A stretch of DNA of 56,941 nucleotides, counting the filler, from Sphacelaria rigidula (Eukaryota), in the NCBI GenBank assembly GCA_964200075.2. It is 8 parts of 8 records of this genome, joined end to end, with 100 filler letters (N's around TTAATTAATTAA, not from the genome) between each part and the next. Parts side by side here need not be neighbours in the genome. Positions count along the whole stretch, not along the records: positions 49,912 to 56,941 come from CAXNAA020016870.1; 7 more parts are not named here. The stretch is one strand, 5' to 3'. A model generated the notes under the pieces. It ran no database searches and was not told the origin of the DNA. It saw only the letters and a program-made list of their open reading frames with translations. The translations under genes and the position numbers were made by a program. Shown here one piece after another: positions 49,912-56,941 of this stretch. Each line of letters opens with the position of its first letter. Position 1 is the first letter of the stretch.

Positions 49912-51379
49912 AGTCGTAATGATTCGACCAAAACAAAAAATGAAGATTGCAAAAAAAAAAAAAAAAACGCAAGCACAAAAAAAAACTGTAACCCTCCTAG
50001 CTTATGGAAAAATGATGGCGTGTTTTACAGCATCGTTGACAACCAAATCCAACCCTTTAATGGTGGAGGAGGGGGTACTTTCAGAGAACAAATTGATCGG
50101 GTCAGAAAAAATGGCCATTTTCGCTCAACATTTTCGGATCCGCTTGAAGCTGAAGTTGTACTGGTAGGGAGCTGGAGTTGTACTGGTAGGTATCCATGTA
50201 TTTCAGCGAGGTACCGTGAGCCAGAACTAGAGAACTGACGATGCAGCCGCCTGCGGCGGGGGGTCAGCACCGCAACTCCGTCCGTCTACTGAGGGGACCC
50301 CGTGGGGGGAAAACAGCATAAACATCATTTGCTTTGACACCCGTTCAACTCGCGTTAAATTTGGTCTATAAATAAGCAACGGTAGTTCGAGCATCTCCGG
50401 TGGAGCAAAGAATGAGGAGAAAGAAACGCATGGAGAAGCTCGAGAACGACATTGAATTCGAACGCTTGGCTTGGAAACGACGGGGGGAACGGGAGAAGGC
50501 ACACCATAACGTTCGGCGCGTGTTTAAACCACTGAAGATCTAGCAAATGCACCGTAAAACAGCGCGAAAGCGCCAGACGATTTCGGAAATATATTTTGGT
50601 GATTGATCAGCCGGGAAAAGGGAAATTTTACATGTCCCGAAACATGAACCTGTTGTCTCCTGGGAGCATGAGCTACAACTTTCATGCCACCTTCACCAGC
50701 TATGTACCACCGGACATTTAGACCTAACAGCCAAAAAACAAAAAAAGTACAAAGATGCTCAGGAATGCAGCTCCTTTTCACATGCTCGATCCGTTCGGCT
50801 GATTGTGTCCACTATCGACTATACCTCGACTCTCTGGGCTTCACGTTCGCAACGAACCGTCATCAGTGTGGTACAGCACACTGCAGATCCGTGCCGACTG
50901 CTTACGATACTCCAAACTCCACCGCGAAAACCCACATATATATATATGTATATATAGAGAGATATATACTAGAAAACGACGAAACGGATTGAACGCAGAC
51001 ATCTGCATCTGCCGTAACTGTTCCTGCTGTGTTATGTGTTGTATTTTCTCCTTCGAATCGTTGCATTCGCCTTCTTTTTTCAGATCACGCATGCAGAACA
51101 TCCAAACTTGTTGGAGTAGGATAACACATTGGGAATACCGCTCGAGTTTCGACACTTCTATGCGAAGCACATACTTGGAGTATGTCACATGTATCAGGAG
51201 AAAAAACTGGTGAATAAAAGCGCTACCGACCAGTTATCCACTCACACCAAGTGACTGTGACCGCCCATTTGAACTGGCCGCCACTTTTCAGGTCTACTTG
51301 AAACGGGACCCGACCACGAAACGCAGAACAGGTACAGGTTCTATGAATCATTTGTGCCCTAAACATGCAAGAGACGTGC

Positions 51380-54156
51380 CTGGAGATAGTCTAGTACACG
51401 GCAAGCGCCGTCATTGCCTAGACTGAGGAGGAAATTGTGCTCTGGCACCAGTCCAAGACAGCAAACCGCGAGGCTGTGTAAATGGCTCCATCTCCGTTGG
51501 AGTGTGACCTCGGAGTCTGGTAACCTGAGATGTGGAAATGTGTACATGAGTGATGCCGCAGTAGGGGTGAAATTTTCAGTCCAAAAGCTTTCTGAGGCTG
51601 CACACTAAGGCCCGGATATTTGTCATCGAGAGGCTGCAAAAACAAAAAGCCTCAAAAGAAAAAAAAAGGGCACTCCTATGATGGCATTGCTTGCATACAT
51701 ACTTCCTCTGTCCCATAGGTAAAGGTACCTAAATTTGTACTGGCCCTTAACGATGTCCGCTCGTTTGTTTGTTTTTTCAATGAACTCTACGGCGTTTTTT
51801 GGGTTGAGAAAATGTGTGTAAAATTTGCAGCTCGTGCTTGAACCATGCCGCCGAACAGCTGCAAAAAAAGTAGTCGGCCCAAAAATGACAGTTTTTTTCG
51901 CCCCTCTCCGTACTCATTTGTTGCTTGCCTGAGTCATTTGACCATTGACCACGCATCCCTTTCGAGACGGAGCACCCCTCTTCGAGGAGAAAAAAAGTGT
52001 CGCTTTTTTTGTTTTCTTTAATCACCCCCGCCTCCACTGGGGCTTGCTGCCAGGAAGACCCACGCGATTAAAAAAAAGAAAACGACATATTTTTTCCCCT
52101 GGGAAGGGGGCAAAAAACGGTCATTTTTGGGCCGACTACTTTTTTTGCAGCCGTTCGGCGGCATGGTTCAAGCACGAGCTGCAAATTTTACACGCATTTT
52201 CTTAACCCAAAACACACCGTAGAGTTCATAAAAAAAAAAAGGATCGGACATCGTTAAGGGCCCGTACAAATTTAGGTACCTTTACTTATGGGACAGAGGA
52301 AGTATATATGTATATATTCAAGCATAGATTACTTCGTGAATCTTGGGTCTTGGACTCGACGCTGTCGACTGCTACTGCTAGCACTGTACCGCTGCGTAGA
52401 GCAGGACGGACTGAAAACACCCTGGGACAACGACCAATACACCAAGGGTTCAGTGATCAGCCATGCCGCGTGCGACTTGTTACGGTAACGCTTTAATTTT
52501 GTGACTGGCGCACGGCGTTTTTTCACCTTCTTGGCACACTTCTACCCCTTTCGCTTGCTCAGAACGAACCCGTGGTCTCAAGGGATCAATCACCCCAGAT
52601 CTCTCACGGTACACGCGTGTACATTCTCTTGGTCCCGCGGACTGGATGATGACCACTCCCACCGCGTCGAATCTCGTCAAATGAACATTTTGGCCTTCCA
52701 TATTTCTCACGTTTACAAACGATGGAAAGCAGATACGTTTGACGAAACATCCCGAATGCATCCATCTGGTGGCAATCGATCGAGAGTTCTTCCCGACCTA
52801 ATGGCTTCAGTTGTCCCAATAGACCACCGTGGCACGGCAGATACACCAAGATACGGCCATGTCATATTGAATCGGGCATTCAACATGATGCGTACGAAGC
52901 ACTCACTGTCGCGTCACGATGCCGTCTGACCGTTCTCCCGCAGGGGCGAGACGTTCCGATGCAGAGGTGGAGTTTCTACAGAAGACGGACACGGTGCCGT
53001 CGCTGTCCCCGCAGTACATGGACCATTCTTCTCCTCCCTCGACGCACGCCACCGTCGGCCACACTTCCATCAACGGGATTTAGGGGTCCAGATCAACGAG
53101 ATCGCAAGGATCGGAAAGCAACACACTAGACGAGTCAGCTGGCAAGACGAGAACATCTGGTGAGAAAATGACGAGCAGAGAAGCAACCGGTGTGGCGTAC
53201 TGTACTGTCCTGTAGCTACTGCGTGCGCTTCCCGATCTCGAAGAGAGATCTGTCTCCCCCCGAATCAAAAGTGCGATGGCGTGATTCTTGCGGTGGATAT
53301 ATTGGCGAATTGCTTCACGGGGGAAATTCCCGAGGGATTCTGCCACAGCGGTAGGTAATTGCCTTGTCGGCTACACTTTGAATCTCTTACCGGCGGAGAG
53401 GCTGGCCTGCCTGGAGTAGAGGGAGAGGGATTTTACACAGCAAAAGAACTGGAATCGTAGAAGCTTGCGCCCTCTTTGGGGACGCCAGAGTCTCACGCTG
53501 CCGTCTCTAGCTGTGGATATCAATGTGTTCCCGCCGGCGAACGCTAATCCTGTGATACCCCCCTTGTGCTCCGCTAGGGTTTGCACACACGATTCTTTAG
53601 ATGGAGCTCCTCCCCACACGGTCCATACCTTCACCGCAAGAATGCCGCGGCCAAAAAGCGGCAGGAGCAGCAGCAGCAGCAGCAGCAGCAGCATACGGGC
53701 GCGAGAGACTTCTTATTCGGATAGCCTACAATCCATTGAATTTTATAAGCTGCTGCTCGAGTGCGTGTGTAATACAAAACAAATCCGGTTCGTCCACTTT
53801 ATCGCCGAGCATGGGGGGCGTTTATTGCGTGTCTATTTCGCTTTGTGTGGCTCCCCACGTATTTTGAGTGTTAGACGGGAATTCGGCCGACACACGTGGG
53901 CTAAGATACGGCGGAGATGAAATCCACTCCATCCGCGGCATACATTTCTTACCTTAATGGTATGGTCAGTTGCTCCACTGAAGACAAGTGGTCCTCCGAG
54001 TGCCCCGTAGGTGCCTCGCGGAGTGTGTGCCAAGCACATGACTGCACCTTTATGAGGCAGTGACGTGGTCATGGCCTCCTCTGGACGGTCATTCTTGTTC
54101 GCCCCTCCGAATAGGTTGCGTGGCACGATGCGCCAGAATATCACGGCGCCGTTGCT
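51380..54156 (-). CDS. WD40-repeat protein (partial; exons 54156-53953, 53628-53391, 53063-52907, 51524-51380)
   Basis: Phase-compatible exons with WD repeats: PHKGAVMCLAH...VFSGATDHTIK|VW...TLAEHKGGITGLAFAGGNTLISTARDGSVRLW...|VWPTVACV...MYCGDSDGTVSVF...|...HLHSLAVCCLGLVPEHNFLLSLGNDGACRVLD. Confidence 0.88.
51702..52302. mobile_element. Tc1/mariner-type (Stowaway-like) MITE with long TIRs
   Basis: TA|CTTCCTCTGTCCCATA...TATGGGACAGAGGAAG|TA; inverted arms of about 200 bp (51702-51904 and 52106-52302); lies in a WD40 intron. Confidence 0.9.
51910..51975 (-). mobile_element. Structured short interspersed element, subfamily B, nested in the MITE
   Basis: GTACTCATTTGTTGCTTGCCTGAGTCATTTGACCATTGACCACGCATCCCTTTCGAGACGGAGCAC flanked by CCCCTCTCCG (51901-51910) and CCCCTCTTCG (51975-51984). 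Confidence 0.85.
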
Positions 54157-54824
54157 CTGTGGGTGGAGAGAGAAACGAGTACACCGCGCGCAGCACATGG
54201 ATCCGCTGTTGCGCCGTGGTGAAGTAACGATGCCTTAGCACACTGCGTCGAGGGATGGGTCACGCTGCCCGACTTATTGGGGACGGCATCGCTTGATGGG
54301 GGAGACAGTGGGGACATACGGCTCCTGAGCCAACATACGAATGTCGCGCGGTCGGACGTGTGCAAGACAAGTCCTTCGAAAAGGCACCATACGATATGCT
54401 CTATTTTCTGCGCACTCAAGTCAGAGCACACAGCACAAAAGGGACGACGAATCAGGGAGTGGGGTGTGTGCATGCAGCGCATGGGCGCGACACCCCGCCT
54501 CGGATGCAAACCGAGGTCATCTGCACGGAGATTTAGGACCAGCGAACCAAAGCGATCTCCACGTCTTCAATGATCCGAACCAAAAAGGGCCGATGTTTGT
54601 GACGATACTCCAACATCTTGTCTCCTTCTTGTCTCAGTACCAGTCGCACGACAGAAGCGCACCCACCCGGCGAGCACACGTACTGCCGCATGGACCCGAG
54701 TGATTGATGAGAAGTCATTACAAGTAGTTACACAGTAGATGTTTTCTCTAGCTCAACCTGACTCTCGTTCAAGATTATTCCCACATCATTGGATCTAATA
54801 TCACAACTGTGAAAAAGTGATTCC

Positions 54825-55207
54825 TCGCCGGACACCTATGGGAATTTTCCCCTTCTATGTGGTGGTACCCGCATCATCCCGCCCCCCTGATGAGTCTCCT
54901 CGTACATTATTTTACCGAGAAGAGACTTGCAAGGGTAACGTTTTCCGCCGGCTAGCGGTGAAGACATACACCATGTTACATATACTTTTCTACGTGTTGG
55001 GTACCCAAGTGAACAATCTCCACAGCAGACCTTCCCGTAAGTCTGTGACCCCCGCTTCGAAGTTATCCACCTGTTGTCTGGTCCCCTGCCATTTTACGCT
55101 CTTTTGTCGCCGCTTAACACTCTCATCTCTTCTTGGTGGGAGCCGGGATTCTAACCGGGGACCTCCTGTTGATGAGGCGTAAGAGTTATCTCATGGCGTC
55201 GTCAGGG
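54825..55207 (-). mobile_element. Probable second tRNA-derived SINE family (degenerate)
   Basis: Minus-strand tRNA-like T-arm GGAGGTCCCCGGTTAGAATCCCGGCTCCCACC near 55135-55170; the far-end motif GGACAC...GGGAATTTTCC...TCTATG...TGGTACCC.CA recurs at 55228. Confidence 0.5.
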
Positions 55208-56289
55208 TGAAAAGGGTATTCCTCGACGGACACTGTTGGGAATTTTCCATTTCTATGCGATGGTACCCACACAATATTTGTTTTTCAGCGTTGAAAAAAT
55301 CCGTTCATACCACCACTCTTCGGCGTTCCGACGAGCATCGACCGTGCGCGCCCAACGAAATATATTATGTCATTTCCAACGTCAGTGGAGGTACTTTACA
55401 GGAATATCGGGAACCTCTCTAACGCGCAGGGAGCATTCCGCAATCGCGAAAAAATACGCGAAAGTTTCGCCTCGACGAAAGCGGGAGTCAAAGCGTCGCT
55501 GTGCGAAGTGTTATCTCAGAGATCTCTGAGTGTTGCGGGTATTTCGGATTGTACGTTCAGACTTCTCCGAAAATTGATTGATTGATTGATTGATTATCCC
55601 ACATTAGCTGATTGCAACAATCCAGCCCGTGGTCAGGAGCAGCAAAAGTAGAACATAATGCAAAAAAAAAAAGAAGAAAGGAACAGAAAAAGACAGAAGC
55701 AACGACCTCAGAAAGATCGAAAATGAAGCGACTTGATTTTTCCTCCGTAAGCTTCATTTTTGGAGAAGTCCAAAAAATTGAGTGTGGACATCGAGGGGGG
55801 GGGAACACCGAGCTTCGGATCTTTAGTAGAGCTGACGGGTCCAAATGCTTCCTAGCGTGCACATAGCGCGTGTTGTCCAAATCGGTGTCACAGACGCCCG
55901 TTTGAGGTTTGCCAACGCACAGTTTGCCTAGGGCACTCTTCGCACCTCCCTTGCCCGAGGGTGCTCGGTATGACTTGAGTTGCGGTCAGGGTTAGGGTTA
56001 CCTATATTTGAAAAATGTACCAACCATGGAAACAATGGCCCCGAAATGGGACGAGCCCGCTCCAAAAAGACACATCGTCTTTTTTCTTCCCACCGAATCT
56101 CCAACTGCCCCCCTCCCTCAGGATGAGTCCGTAGTGTTTAGGTATCGACCCATCTCTCCCGGGGTGTATGTATGGTTAACATTTTGGTATCGCAGGCTGA
56201 AGCAGCACTTTCGCACCGCGACAACTTTCGTCAATTTTTCATTGGCTACTTCATGTCCCCACGTTTCCACCAGGTTTTACTATTATACT

Positions 56290-56380
56290 ACCCGGACACT
56301 CCCCCGTATTTGTCGAGATTTGAACCCGTGACTCCCGCCGTAAGCAGATAAAGGGTGCACCACTTGAAACCACCGCAGTA
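56290..56380 (-). mobile_element. Degenerate tRNA-like SINE head
   Basis: Minus strand GGTGGTTTCAAGTGG...GAGTCACGGGTTCAAATCTCG, resembling A and B boxes. Confidence 0.4.
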
Positions 56381-56861
56381 CAGCGCGTCTTTGAGACACA
56401 AGTATCGAGACGTATCACTTAGTGTTATGTGTAAATGTGATTTCGTGGAGCGTTATGTCACATTTGAATATTTGGTACCACCGCCAAGATCTGTACCGGA
56501 ACACGTTTCACTCCATCTCGTGGCAAAACATGCGCTACGAGCCTCGTGCCCGAGGAAAAGCCCCCTCTCAATGTTGATAGGGCTGTATGGAAGAAAATTT
56601 TGAAAGATAAGGCTGGAGTAAGGTGGAGTAAAGAAGCCGAGAAAATATGGAAGGAGATATGAGGGAACCAAGACGAAATACTGTTCATAGAACATGCTGA
56701 GTTAATTGCGTTTGTTCATGTAATTAGGCTGGAGTCTCTGAAAAAATAATGATGGAGGACTCCATGTCTTGTAAGGAATAGCAGGGACGGTATTGGAAAG
56801 ACGAGCCTACGTCTGTGACGACGGGTTCGAGAGTTCGGACTCATGTGCGCAAATAATGATA

Positions 56862-56941
56862 GTGTGTGTTGTTGTTGTGTGTTGTCGTCCCATCTATTCT
56901 GGGCCCCAGTCTGCACCTTTCGGGATATGTGGGTGCATCAG
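56862..56941 (-). mobile_element. tRNA-derived SINE, 3' end (cut by window end)
   Basis: TGTGTGTTGTTGTTGTGTGTTGTCGTCCCATCTATTCTGG...CACCTTTCGGGATATGTGGGTGCATCAG. Confidence 0.8.

Noticed and set aside
54886-54930. CTGATGA-GTCTC...GAGAC as a hammerhead
   Set aside because: A stem II-like helix is present but is followed by TTGC instead of the required GAAA.
1-56941. CRISPR array, prokaryotic operon or giant-virus hallmark genes
   Set aside because: No repeat-spacer array or intronless gene cluster; every recognisable gene is spliced and eukaryotic.

Overview
Eukaryotic, intron-rich, repeat-rich DNA, most consistent with a brown alga (Phaeophyceae); this is inferred from the Ectocarpus-type LRR exons, gene structure and repeat content. 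The window is not one locus. It is eight unrelated contigs of about 7030 bp (1-7031, 7132-14161, 14262-21291, 21392-28421, 28522-35551, 35652-42681, 42782-49811, 49912-56941) joined by 100-nt N/TTAATTAATTAA/N linkers. Partial spliced genes reconstructed by hand: an LRR protein with a one-repeat exon (+), an M20/ArgE-like peptidase (-) divergent from an Alr4036-type pyridoxamine-phosphate-oxidase-like gene (+), COG5 (+), an ABCG half-transporter C-terminus (-), TXNDC9/phosducin-like 3 (-), UTP15 (+) and a WD40 protein (-). Introns and intergenic DNA carry a tRNA-derived SINE, piggyBac-like and Stowaway-like MITEs, several foldbacks and a 78-bp loopless palindrome. The most unusual signal is an abundant 65-170 bp interspersed element (about 12 copies, two subfamilies) that usually sits next to G/C tracts, has target-site duplications in some copies, and keeps a strand-specific three-helix fold with G-U pairs and one compensatory change. 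No CRISPR array, rRNA or intact tRNA gene was seen. All family assignments are from motif recall, not database searches.
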